64,000 nucleotides of DNA from Gammaproteobacteria bacterium. Its GTDB lineage: Bacteria; Pseudomonadota; Gammaproteobacteria; Eutrophobiales; Eutrophobiaceae. Location: positions 1,600,001 to 1,664,000 of the forward strand of contig CBDEUK010000002.1 of assembly GCA_965243205.1 (NCBI GenBank), read 5' to 3'. The position numbers and the translations under genes are program-made. This document shows, piece after piece, positions 1 to 9,479 of the stretch (the first letter of the stretch is position 1; every line of letters starts with the position of its first letter). The notes beneath the pieces are model-generated. The model was not told where the DNA came from and searched no databases. It worked only from the letters and a program-made list of their open reading frames with translations.

Positions 1-139
1 AACTGGGCGATTTATTATTGGAACATGATAAGTGTGTCACTGCATTTAACGAAAAAATGGAAAAAGTAACAGATGGAGATGATCGTATTGCTTTGATTAA
101 ATGTATGAGTGCTTAAATACTGTTTATACACATAACAAA

Positions 140-865
140 CTAACGTTTAATAATCTTATGTAATCGCTTAGAACCATGTGCATCATGAAACATGGTTGTT
201 GAATTATCTTTAAAAAACCAAATTAAGATCATACCTGCAATAAAACCACCTATATGCGCAAACCACGCAACACCACCTTCTTCTGCATTGGACATTAAGG
301 AACTGCCTATTTGAATAGCAAACCAAACACCTAACACCAGCATTGCTGGAAGTCTTAATAACAACGGATAAAAACCCAAAGGTATTACGACTAAAACTCT
401 AGCTTTAGGGTAGATCAATAAATAAGCACCTAACACACCAGATATAGCACCACTAGCACCTATCATAGGAATAACTGATTCAGGATTATGTAAGACTTGT
501 CCAAATACCGCAGCAAAACCACATAAGAAGTAAAAAATTATAAATTTAATATGCCCCATTGAATCTTCAATATTGTTTCCAAAGATCCATAGATAGAGCA
601 TATTACCTGCAAGATGCATAAAACCACCATGCATAAACATAGAAGTAAGCATGGTTAATTCAGCAGGTAAAAAATATAGCTCTGGGGATAATTGAGATTT
701 ATCTAATAAGACAGCAGGTATAACACCCAAACTCATGATCATTCGTTGACTACCATCAGAACCAAGTGATAGCTGCCATAAAAAAACCAGAACGCAGATT
801 ACAATAAAGAATATTGTAATAACGGGTTTTATATGTGTCGGGTTATCATCATGTAGTGGGATCAT
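140..865 (-). CDS. Rhomboid family intramembrane serine protease
   Basis: Multiple TM segments; SMFMHGG, HLAGNM, catalytic GASGA (Ser) and AHIGG (His). Confidence 0.93.
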   Translation of the reverse strand: MIPLHDDNPTHIKPVITIFFIVICVLVFLWQLSLGSDGSQRMIMSLGVIPAVLLDKSQLSPELYFLPAELTMLTSMFMHGGFMHLAGNMLYLWIFGNNIEDSMGHIKFIIFYFLCGFAAVFGQVLHNPESVIPMIGASGAISGVLGAYLLIYPKARVLVVIPLGFYPLLLRLPAMLVLGVWFAIQIGSSLMSNAEEGGVAWFAHIGGFIAGMILIWFFKDNSTTMFHDAHGSKRLHKIIKR

Positions 866-886
866 GATTCCTTTCTATGTACTACA

Positions 887-1783
887 TTAAGTAACGTTTA
901 ATACTAATCTGTTATAGGCTTCTTGATATTTAAGCGCGGTGTTATGAATAACATCTTGCGGTAATGCAGGGCCTGGAGCTGTTTTATTCCAGTCCAAAGT
1001 TTCTAAATAATCACGAACATATTGTTTGTCATAGCTTGGAGGACTGATGCCAACTTCATAAGAGCTAACTGGCCAAAACCTTGATGAGTCCGGTGTTAGA
1101 ATTTCATCCATTAATACTAAGTCATCGTTTTCATCTAAACCGAACTCAAATTTTGTATCCGCAATAATAATACCTTTTTGCAAAGCAAATTCAGCAGCTA
1201 TTTCATAAAGTTTAATACTCACTTCTTTAATTTGATTCGCTAAATCTTCTCCAATTAGCTCAACTGTTTTTTCAAAGCTAATGTTTTCATCATGATCGCC
1301 AATCTCAGCTTTAGTTGAAGGAGTATAAATAGTTTCTGGAAGTTTTTGAGCTTGTTGTAATCCTACTGGTAACTTTAAGCCACAAATTGTTCCGTTTTGT
1401 TGATAATCCTTCCAACCAGAACCAATAATGTAACCACGGACTATCGCTTCAACCGGTAACGCTTTGAGTTTTTTTACGATGATAGTTCGATCTTCTAATA
1501 AAAATCTATCTGCTTCATCCTGAATCACATCTGTTAACTGTAGATCCGATAAATGGTTTTTGACTAAGTTTTTAGATTTATCAAACCAAAAATTAGAAAT
1601 AGCAGTTAAGACAATCCCCTTACGTGGAATAGGATCAGGTAATACCACATCAAACGCTGACAACCGATCAGTCGTCACTATCATCATGTGTTGTTCATCA
1701 ATACTAAAAATATCCCTAACCTTGCCACGATATTGCAACGATAGAGAATTGAGTTGAGCTTCGAATACTGTTTCTTGGGTCAT
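887..1783 (-). CDS. purC: SAICAR synthetase
   Basis: YRGKVRD, TDRLSAFD, IADTKFEFG, DEILTPDSSRFW, SYDKQYVRD motifs. Confidence 0.97.
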   Translation of the reverse strand: MTQETVFEAQLNSLSLQYRGKVRDIFSIDEQHMMIVTTDRLSAFDVVLPDPIPRKGIVLTAISNFWFDKSKNLVKNHLSDLQLTDVIQDEADRFLLEDRTIIVKKLKALPVEAIVRGYIIGSGWKDYQQNGTICGLKLPVGLQQAQKLPETIYTPSTKAEIGDHDENISFEKTVELIGEDLANQIKEVSIKLYEIAAEFALQKGIIIADTKFEFGLDENDDLVLMDEILTPDSSRFWPVSSYEVGISPPSYDKQYVRDYLETLDWNKTAPGPALPQDVIHNTALKYQEAYNRLVLNVT

Positions 1784-1954
1784 CGAGATATTCTAAAATA
1801 CATTATTATTATTTTGGCTATTTTTACACAGATGAATCCATACCACCATCTGCAGTAAATAAATTCTTGTCATTTACAAAATTAAACTCATAGTTTTTCA
1901 TAACATAGTTAATGTTGTAACCTATCTTAATAATCACTAATCAATTCGTAAATA

Positions 1955-2353
1955 ATGAAACGACCAAACCCAACACGTGGCATGCACCATGTTGCTCTTA
2001 ATGTAAAAGACCTAGCAGCCTCAGAATACTTTTATGTGAATTTAATTGGAATGGAAGTCGAATGGCGGCCCGATGAAGACAATGTTTATCTTTGCTCAGG
2101 CAATGATAATCTTGCAATTCATAAAATTCCGGTTGATGATAATTTTGAAAAATCTCAACGTTTGGATCACATTGGTTTCATCTTAAAAACAATAGACGAT
2201 GTAGACGACTGGTATGAGTTTTTACTGGCTAATAATATCAAAATGAAAACGAAACCACGGACTCATCGTGATGGTGCCAGAAGTTTTTATTGTTATGACC
2301 CTGAAGGTACGGTAGTACAAATGATTTATCACCCACCTTTAGAACATTTATAA
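1955..2353 (+). CDS. VOC/glyoxalase-family protein
   Basis: GMHHVAL, LDHIGF, RSFYCYDPEG motifs; 132 aa. Confidence 0.88.
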   Translation: MKRPNPTRGMHHVALNVKDLAASEYFYVNLIGMEVEWRPDEDNVYLCSGNDNLAIHKIPVDDNFEKSQRLDHIGFILKTIDDVDDWYEFLLANNIKMKTKPRTHRDGARSFYCYDPEGTVVQMIYHPPLEHL

Positions 2354-2354
2354 A

Positions 2355-3188
2355 TTAATTACCAAATAATTTTTCGCTTCCTTGCCATTGTTCGATCCAG
2401 CAACAACGGTGGTCAAAATCTGTTTTGATAATTAACTCAACATTTTTAGGATTACCTAGTTTTTCCACATATTGTTGCACAACGACTGGCGGGACGATTT
2501 TATCCTTTGCTCCTGCAAAATGAATTTGCTCCACCATTGATAATCGCTTATCGCTAGCGGGATTTAGAGAAGATTTCATTGGCAATAAAGAATGATAATC
2601 CGTCCATGTTTGTAAATCTAAATTAGCTGCAATGGTAATTAACCTTGAAACATCTTTTCTTCTAGCCGCTAAATGAGCCGCGATATTTCCTCCTCCAGAA
2701 TACCCCACTAAAACAAATTCTTTAATTGCTGATTGTCGCTGCAACTGACCAAGAATTTCTTCATACGCATCAATTACTTCTTCTGAGTAACGATGGGACG
2801 TCCAATACTTTTGTTCACATCGCTCTAACTGTGATTTCGATAAGTATTGACAAGGTCTAGCAAGATAAACAACCGAAGAAGCTGGCTCTCTCTCAGCTAA
2901 TTGAAGCGTGAAATAATCAATTGGTGTTGGATTTTTTGAAGGCCTATTACGTTTTTTATAAGCCAATCCATCACCTTCAATATAGATAGCAACCGCTCCA
3001 TTATTATCATTGAGGCCTTTAGAAGCAGCCCAAATAGTAAATTGATTCGTTTTTATTTGTTGAACCGAAAAACCCGATTGAACTGCGAACTCCTCTGAAT
3101 TCGATTTCCTGATTGCAGGATCGAGTCGGGCACATGAAAACATACCTACAAGAAAAAGTAGACTTAGATAAAAAACTAGTTTATGCAT
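2355..3188 (-). CDS. Alpha/beta-hydrolase (esterase-like), probable lipoprotein
   Basis: Signal peptide with lipobox-like MFSC; YIEGDG, RPCQY, nucleophile elbow GYSGG, GAKDKIVP (Asp), DHRCCW (His). Confidence 0.85.
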   Translation of the reverse strand: MHKLVFYLSLLFLVGMFSCARLDPAIRKSNSEEFAVQSGFSVQQIKTNQFTIWAASKGLNDNNGAVAIYIEGDGLAYKKRNRPSKNPTPIDYFTLQLAEREPASSVVYLARPCQYLSKSQLERCEQKYWTSHRYSEEVIDAYEEILGQLQRQSAIKEFVLVGYSGGGNIAAHLAARRKDVSRLITIAANLDLQTWTDYHSLLPMKSSLNPASDKRLSMVEQIHFAGAKDKIVPPVVVQQYVEKLGNPKNVELIIKTDFDHRCCWIEQWQGSEKLFGN

Positions 3189-3261
3189 AAAAAATCATTA
3201 TAATTCAAATAATAATAATTGATAATTCACTAATATTATTAAGTATAGTTCGGGGAAGGCT

Positions 3262-4419
3262 ATGTTTTTAAAACAATTTTTTGTATTTCTAATCATTATA
3301 ATTAGCTCTCATTTCGCTAATGCTGGAACGGGTCCAGCACCACCAAGCTTACCTAGCGAACAACAAGATATTATAGATAGCTGTGTAAGTAACGGCAGTG
3401 CCTTAGGCCTCAACAACACACAAATTGATGCCCTATGTCCCGCCACAACCGACGGGTTACAGTGGACTGTAGAAAGACTTAACCAACCTACCAATACTTT
3501 TTCTTCAAACTTACCATTTAATTCTGGTTCTGCAGCTAGTTCGGATCCAGATCGCCAGGAACAAACATTGGGAGCATTGCTCTATGGTAAAGAAGCAGGG
3601 GTAAACGCAGGTTCTTTCTTAAATAGTATCAATGTTTGGGGATCAGCCTCTAAATCTTCATCAGAGTATTCATTAGTACCTACAGAATCAGATACGGGGA
3701 ATGCGATGATTGGAGCCCACACATCAATTGGTGAAACGGGTTTAATTGGACTGAGTTTTGGTATTGCAGGCACGGATGTGAAAACGGCCTACAACACTGG
3801 CGAACAAAATTTAAAAGACTACAGTTTTGCTGCTTATATAGGCACGATGATCACCGACAATATCAGCGTCGGTGCAAACGGTGGGGTATCTTTTAGAGAT
3901 ATAGAGCAATTTAGAACTGGTGTTGGGGGTACGACAGCCTTCACTATTGGCGAGACAGTTAATTCTAGTACTGACAGTGATACCTGGTTTATTTCTGGTA
4001 GTATTGATGGTTTTTGGGAGTTTGATGCCTTCGTATTTGGCGCACATTCAAGTATCTTCTATTCAGAAGAAGAAGTGGATGGCTTTACTGAAACTGGAGC
4101 AACTTCGAACGCAACGGCTGCAGTAGCAAGTCGCGATATTGATACTGGTTTATTTCGTATCGGCTTTGATATTGGATATGCTAAACCGAAAGTATTTGAA
4201 CCATATATTGGTGTAGCGTATTTAAATTATTTCGAACAACCTGAAATTACGGTTTTATCTTCAACAGCAGCTGATACTGACGACGATGAATTCCTTGCTA
4301 GTGCGGGCATCCGATTCTTTGGTGAGACTATCTCAGGCTCGGTTTCCTGGAATCGAAATTTCAGTCGCGACTTTCTCGATTACGATTCTTTGAATTTACT
4401 GTTTTCTGTCGATTTATAA
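3262..4419 (+). CDS. Autotransporter-type beta-barrel outer membrane protein with very short passenger
   Basis: Sec signal ending ANA; GVNAG..NVWG barrel start, DGFTETG motif, amphipathic strands, C-terminal strand LNLLFSVDL; SD-like GGGGAAGG upstream. Confidence 0.8.
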   Translation: MFLKQFFVFLIIIISSHFANAGTGPAPPSLPSEQQDIIDSCVSNGSALGLNNTQIDALCPATTDGLQWTVERLNQPTNTFSSNLPFNSGSAASSDPDRQEQTLGALLYGKEAGVNAGSFLNSINVWGSASKSSSEYSLVPTESDTGNAMIGAHTSIGETGLIGLSFGIAGTDVKTAYNTGEQNLKDYSFAAYIGTMITDNISVGANGGVSFRDIEQFRTGVGGTTAFTIGETVNSSTDSDTWFISGSIDGFWEFDAFVFGAHSSIFYSEEEVDGFTETGATSNATAAVASRDIDTGLFRIGFDIGYAKPKVFEPYIGVAYLNYFEQPEITVLSSTAADTDDDEFLASAGIRFFGETISGSVSWNRNFSRDFLDYDSLNLLFSVDL

Positions 4420-4426
4420 TTTGAAT

Positions 4427-4451
4427 AAAAAGGCCCAAAGCGGGCCTTTTT
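4427..4451. terminator. Rho-independent terminator, symmetric A/T tails
   Basis: AAAAAGGCCC-AAAGC-GGGCCTTTTT right after the barrel gene stop. Confidence 0.85.
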
Positions 4452-4563
4452 CGCATTTAGAGAATTATTATTAAACCAATCTCGATATTACTCATCATAT
4501 AAACTATAACAATAGATATCCCATAGGTTTTTAAAAACATTAGAAACAATTAGGAATAAAACT

Positions 4564-5244
4564 ATGTTTAACAAATTATCAAATAATTTATTAATTGCTC
4601 TTTTCTTGGCTTTTATCAGCTCTTCAATATTCGCCTTAGAACCAGCGGGTAAAATCGATAGCATGAAAGGCGATGTTAAAGCTCTACTAGATGGAGAAAC
4701 TCGAACCTTATCCAAAGGCGATGAAGTTTTTCCCAATGATCAAATCATTACAGAAAAAAAATCGATTGCTGAAATAAAATTTGTCGATGAGTCAAATTTT
4801 ATTTTAGGGCCTGATTCAGAATTTAAGATCGATAAGTTTTCATACAACCAACCCGAAAAAGAAAACAGCTTTTCGACTAAATTGGTCAAAGGCACATTTC
4901 GTTTCGTCACTGGCTTAATCGCTCGCTATAAACCTGACACCATGCAAGTCAGCACAGCTGTTGCGACCATTGGTATACGGGGCACTGAAGTGGCAGTTGA
5001 AGCAGACGCAACTTCAGCAACCATCGTTTTAGAACAACCTGAAGATAAAAATAAAAAGACCGCTATTGAAGTATCCAATGAATATGGTTCGGTTTTAATT
5101 GATGAGCCGGGTTATGGAACCGAAATCCCTGATCAATTCAGTCCTCCGTCTCCTGCCCGTAGAATGCGTTTACGTACTATTGAAAACGTGATGCGTTCAT
5201 TACAAAACATTCAACGAGTCAATATTCCTCGACCTGTTAGATAA
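4564..5244 (+). CDS. Secreted FecR-domain protein
   Basis: Signal peptide ending IFA; FecR-like pattern GDEV..DQIIT..FVDES..LGPDS..LVKGTFRFVTG..TIGIRGT; SD AGGA upstream. Confidence 0.85.
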   Translation: MFNKLSNNLLIALFLAFISSSIFALEPAGKIDSMKGDVKALLDGETRTLSKGDEVFPNDQIITEKKSIAEIKFVDESNFILGPDSEFKIDKFSYNQPEKENSFSTKLVKGTFRFVTGLIARYKPDTMQVSTAVATIGIRGTEVAVEADATSATIVLEQPEDKNKKTAIEVSNEYGSVLIDEPGYGTEIPDQFSPPSPARRMRLRTIENVMRSLQNIQRVNIPRPVR

Positions 5245-5267
5245 AATAGTAATTTATGGAAAAAACT

Positions 5268-5293
5268 AAAAACGGGGCTAATGCCCCGTTTTT
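5268..5293. terminator. Bidirectional intrinsic terminator between FecR-domain gene and glnS
   Basis: AAAAACGGGGC-TAAT-GCCCCGTTTTT between convergent genes. Confidence 0.9.
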
Positions 5294-5295
5294 TA

Positions 5296-6966
5296 TTACC
5301 CCTTATTTTCCCAAGTATCTCGTAAGGTAATAGTACGGTTAAATATTAAATTTTCTTCTGAGCTGTCTTTTGTATCTAAACAGAAATAACCAACTCGTTC
5401 GAATTGATAACAACCGCTATGTTTACTTTCTTTAATACTCGGCTCAATTAATGCTTCTTCAATCACTTGCTTTGAATCAGGATTAATGTAACTAATCCAT
5501 TCTTGTTCACTTGCTTCAGGCGCTTCAACATGAAACAGTCGATCATAAACGTTTACTTTAGCTTTTACCGCAGTATCTTCTGCCACCCAATGAATAATGC
5601 CTTTCACTTTACGACCGTCTGAAGTTTTGCCACCACCACTTTCTGGATCATAGGAACAATGTAACTCCATTATCTCTCCTTGATCGTTTTTGATTATTTC
5701 ATCGCAACGGATCACATACGCATAACGTAAACGAACTTCTTTACCAGGTTTTAAACGAATATATTTTTTATTCGCTTCTTCACGAAAATCATCACGGTCA
5801 ATATAAACAACTTTGCTGAAAGGTATCTTTCGTTTACCCATTGCTTCATCATGTGGATGATTACTGGCTTCTATCCATTCAGTTTTATCTTCAGGGTAAT
5901 TAGTAATAATGATTTTTAATGGATCTAACACACCCATTATGCGTGGGCTTTCGATATTCAACTGTTCGCGTACTGAATTTTCTAACACACCTAATTCAAT
6001 CACTGTATCGCTTTTGGTAATTCCTATTCGTTCGCAAAAATCCCTTAAGGCTGATGCAGGATAACCTCGACGACGGATGCCAGAGATAGTTGGCATTCGT
6101 GGATCGTTCCAACCATCAACTAAACCATCTTGTACTAATTGATTTAATTTACGTTTACTTAAAACTGTATAACTCAAGTTTAAACGGGCAAACTCTATTT
6201 GTTGTGGATGACATTGCACAGGCAATTGGTCCAAGAACCAATCATACAATGGACGATGATCTTCAAACTCTAAAGTACATAGCGAATGGGTAATATTTTC
6301 CAAGGCATCAGATATACAATGAGTATAATCATACATAGGGTAAATATGCCAAGCATCACCAGTACGATGATGAGTGGTATGCTTAATACGATAAATTGCA
6401 GGATCTCGCATATTGATATTTGGTGAAGCCATATCGATCTTCGCACGTAATAAATGTTCACCCTCAGCAAACTTTCCTTGTTTCATTTGTTCGAAGAGTT
6501 GTAGATTTTCCTCAATACTTCGATCACGATAAGGACTGTTCTTACCAGGCGCATTTAATGTGCCGCGATATTCGCGAATCTCTTCGGCATTTAAACTATC
6601 GACATAAGCCTTACCATCCTTGATTAAAAGAACAGCGAATTCATAAAGCTTTTCAAAATAATCAGAGGCATAAAACAATCGGTCTTCCCAATCGAAACCT
6701 AACCATTTCACATCTTCCTGAATCGAGTCGGTATATTCAGTATCTTCTTTATCAGGGTTGGTATCATCAAAACGTAAGTTGCAGACACCATTAAAATCTT
6801 TGGCTATACCAAAATTTAAACAAATCGATTTAGCATGACCTAAATGCAGGTATCCATTTGGTTCAGGCGGGAAACGAGTATGAACTTTGCCATCGTTTTT
6901 TTGGTTTTCAACATCAATCGTTACAATTTTTCGAATAAAGTTACTGGTTTTATTTTCTGTTTCCAT
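5296..6966 (-). CDS. glnS: Glutamine--tRNA ligase
   Basis: [15 protein letters not shown] (HIGH), [12 protein letters not shown] (MSK variant), YQFERVGYF. Confidence 0.97.
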   Translation of the reverse strand: METENKTSNFIRKIVTIDVENQKNDGKVHTRFPPEPNGYLHLGHAKSICLNFGIAKDFNGVCNLRFDDTNPDKEDTEYTDSIQEDVKWLGFDWEDRLFYASDYFEKLYEFAVLLIKDGKAYVDSLNAEEIREYRGTLNAPGKNSPYRDRSIEENLQLFEQMKQGKFAEGEHLLRAKIDMASPNINMRDPAIYRIKHTTHHRTGDAWHIYPMYDYTHCISDALENITHSLCTLEFEDHRPLYDWFLDQLPVQCHPQQIEFARLNLSYTVLSKRKLNQLVQDGLVDGWNDPRMPTISGIRRRGYPASALRDFCERIGITKSDTVIELGVLENSVREQLNIESPRIMGVLDPLKIIITNYPEDKTEWIEASNHPHDEAMGKRKIPFSKVVYIDRDDFREEANKKYIRLKPGKEVRLRYAYVIRCDEIIKNDQGEIMELHCSYDPESGGGKTSDGRKVKGIIHWVAEDTAVKAKVNVYDRLFHVEAPEASEQEWISYINPDSKQVIEEALIEPSIKESKHSGCYQFERVGYFCLDTKDSSEENLIFNRTITLRDTWENKG

Positions 6967-6984
6967 AAAATTCTTTACATAAAA

Positions 6985-8226
6985 TTAAAAATAATTGGGC
7001 GTCTTCAAGGTCTCTGGAATATCTCCAGCAAGACCCATTGCACGGCGCATAATACACTGCTTTATAGGTGTTAGTTGGTTAATCACATTCATGCCTTGGT
7101 TACGGATTAATGGCAATGGAAATGTTTGATTACCATATAGCGACTTAAAGCCACTGAATACATTCATCATAAAAACATTTTCGCTACGACGTTTTCGTTC
7201 ATAGCGACGTAAATAACGTTTTAAACCAAAATCGCGTTGTTGTTTATACAACTGAATAATTTCCTCACTTAAGACTTCTGCATCCATCACACCCAAATTA
7301 GCCCCTTGTCCAGCTAGTGGATGAACTCTATGAGCAGCATCTCCTACTAAAGCTATACGATGTTCACAGTATTGGGCTGCTTGAGCCGATGATAAAGGAA
7401 ACGTTTGACGCGAATAACAATTTATAACTTCACCTAAAATCGATTCATTTGCATGGGTCATCGTTTGACAAAAACTTTGTTCGTCCATTTGTTTTAAATA
7501 TTCAGCATTAGATTCTGTTGTTGACCAAACAAAACCACAGTAACTTTCATCATACAAAGGTAATAGTGCTAATATACCTTCTTCTAAAAATCGTTGTCTT
7601 GCTGTTTGTTGATGCGAATTTTCTGTTTTAACAACACCAGCAATTGCTATCTGCTCATAACTGTTAGATTCGAATGTAATCCCAGCCAGTTCACGAATCT
7701 TAGAGCGTGCTCCATCAGCACCAACTAATAATCTTGCTGTTAAGCTTTTACCATTATTTAAACTTAACGAAACATAATCATTCTCGAAACTCGCTGTGTT
7801 GATTTCTGTTTCATCATAAACAAAAATATTATCTTGTTTTAATAGTTGTTCGTTTAAATATTTTTCTAAAACTAACTGTTCAACAATATATCCAAGATAC
7901 TTTTGTATTGTGTCGTTTGAATCGAATTCAACTCTTCCATCGCCCATTTCATCCCAAACGTGAATTTTATTAAACACCCCAATTTTATCTTGAGGTAGTT
8001 GTTGCCAAACTCCGAGCCCAGATAGAATAATTTTAGAGACAGGTGTGATCGCTAATGTTCTAGGATCAATTTTTTTAACGTTATTAAAGTCTGTAGGGTG
8101 CTCTTCAATCATAGCAACATTAAGACCAGCATATGCCAAGCGTAATGCTAAGATAGAACCTACAATACCTGCACCGCATATAATGACGTCTATAGTCTCT
8201 TGGTTAAATGGTTTTGATTGGATCAT
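6985..8226 (-). CDS. ubiI: FAD-dependent ubiquinone-biosynthesis hydroxylase (UbiI/VisC-like)
   Basis: GAGIVG, GADGARS, GDAAHRVHPLAGQGANLG; directly follows ubiH as in the conserved pepP-ubiH-ubiI operon. Confidence 0.82.
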   Translation of the reverse strand: MIQSKPFNQETIDVIICGAGIVGSILALRLAYAGLNVAMIEEHPTDFNNVKKIDPRTLAITPVSKIILSGLGVWQQLPQDKIGVFNKIHVWDEMGDGRVEFDSNDTIQKYLGYIVEQLVLEKYLNEQLLKQDNIFVYDETEINTASFENDYVSLSLNNGKSLTARLLVGADGARSKIRELAGITFESNSYEQIAIAGVVKTENSHQQTARQRFLEEGILALLPLYDESYCGFVWSTTESNAEYLKQMDEQSFCQTMTHANESILGEVINCYSRQTFPLSSAQAAQYCEHRIALVGDAAHRVHPLAGQGANLGVMDAEVLSEEIIQLYKQQRDFGLKRYLRRYERKRRSENVFMMNVFSGFKSLYGNQTFPLPLIRNQGMNVINQLTPIKQCIMRRAMGLAGDIPETLKTPNYF

Positions 8227-9458
8227 AACGATTGTTTAACCATTGTTGCTTGTTCACCATATAATCCCATTGCCCGTAACATTAAAGAATGTTTTAAAAC
8301 TGGGACATGTTCAACAGCTGCCATACCTAAGGATCGAAAAGATTGTTTTAAAATATTTTCATTATAGAACAAACTCGCTAAGCCATCGGTAAAACGAATA
8401 ACACTATCTTGATCTTTTTTTCGTAAATTAACGTACTGATCAAGTAATTTTATATCATTGATAGCTTGTTTATTCTCTATAGCATTAATTAATTGCTCTG
8501 CTAATACTGCAACATCCCTTAAACCTAAGTTAAATCCTTGGGCCGCGTTAGGATGAATCGTATGAGACGAGTTCCCCAATAAAAGTACATGCTGAATATA
8601 CTGTTGCTCAGAGACTAATAATTTTAATGGATAGGCTTTACGAGTGCCCAATCGTAAAAACTTACCTAATCTACGACCAAACCGTTTACTTGCAGATTTT
8701 AAAAACACTTCATCAGGCAAATTCAAATAATATTCAACCTCGTCAGAATTTACACAAAACACCATGCCAAACTCATTTACAGTTGGTCTAGGCAATAGTG
8801 CGAATGGACCTGATGAACTAAAACGTTCATAAGCAGTAAAATCATGTGCTAATTCCGTTTGCACATTAGAAACAATCGCATGTTGATGATAATTTTTTTC
8901 AGTTATCGTAAAACCTATCTGCTCTCTAAATTGAGAGTTAGAACCATCAGCAAGAATTAATAGACGACTTTTTATTAAATGCCTTTTACCTGATGATTCT
9001 AATTCTACTTCAACTTGCTCAGCATTTTGAGAAACCGTACATACGGTTGCCGGGCAAATTAAGTTTAATCGTGAATGATGATTGGCCAATTCCTTATGCA
9101 ATAAGGAACCTAAATCTTTTGCCTTTAAAGAATAAGCAAGCGCATCAAGTCTTAATGATTTTGAATCTAAAAAAACGTTACCAAATCGATTTTCTTCACT
9201 GATATAAATTTTCCTAATCGGTGTAATGTCCGTATGAAAATTTTCCCAAAGATTTTGTTTTTGGAAAATATTTTTGCTGGCTTGAGATAAAACTAAATTT
9301 CGATCATCAAAACTACTTTCACTACTGATATTAAATTCATGCGATTCGATTAAAGCAATTTTTAAATTGGTATTGCGTAAAAAAACTGCAAGCGCAGAAC
9401 CAATCATGCCAGCGCCGACGATGATAAGATCAAAATCTTCTGAAAAGTCTTCTGACAT
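8223..9458 (-). CDS. ubiH: 2-octaprenyl-6-methoxyphenol hydroxylase
   Basis: GAGMIG, SFDDR, AYERF..GPFALLP, GNSSHTIHPNAAQGFNLGLRD; downstream of pepP. Confidence 0.9.
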   Translation of the reverse strand: MSEDFSEDFDLIIVGAGMIGSALAVFLRNTNLKIALIESHEFNISSESSFDDRNLVLSQASKNIFQKQNLWENFHTDITPIRKIYISEENRFGNVFLDSKSLRLDALAYSLKAKDLGSLLHKELANHHSRLNLICPATVCTVSQNAEQVEVELESSGKRHLIKSRLLILADGSNSQFREQIGFTITEKNYHQHAIVSNVQTELAHDFTAYERFSSSGPFALLPRPTVNEFGMVFCVNSDEVEYYLNLPDEVFLKSASKRFGRRLGKFLRLGTRKAYPLKLLVSEQQYIQHVLLLGNSSHTIHPNAAQGFNLGLRDVAVLAEQLINAIENKQAINDIKLLDQYVNLRKKDQDSVIRFTDGLASLFYNENILKQSFRSLGMAAVEHVPVLKHSLMLRAMGLYGEQATMVKQSL

Positions 9459-9479
9459 TATGAATAGAATTAAAGAAAG

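Noticed and set aside
1-117. Possible 3' end of a plus-strand gene entering the window (frame 3 open to 83, frame 1 open to 117)
   Set aside because: Too short to choose a frame or assign a product
3184-3240. Fur-box-like AAT repeats in the hydrolase/barrel spacer
   Set aside because: The alignment I tried matched only about 11 of 19 positions, expected by chance in such AT-rich DNA
4488-4736. 82-aa minus-strand ORF
   Set aside because: Antisense shadow of the FecR-domain gene with no recognisable motif
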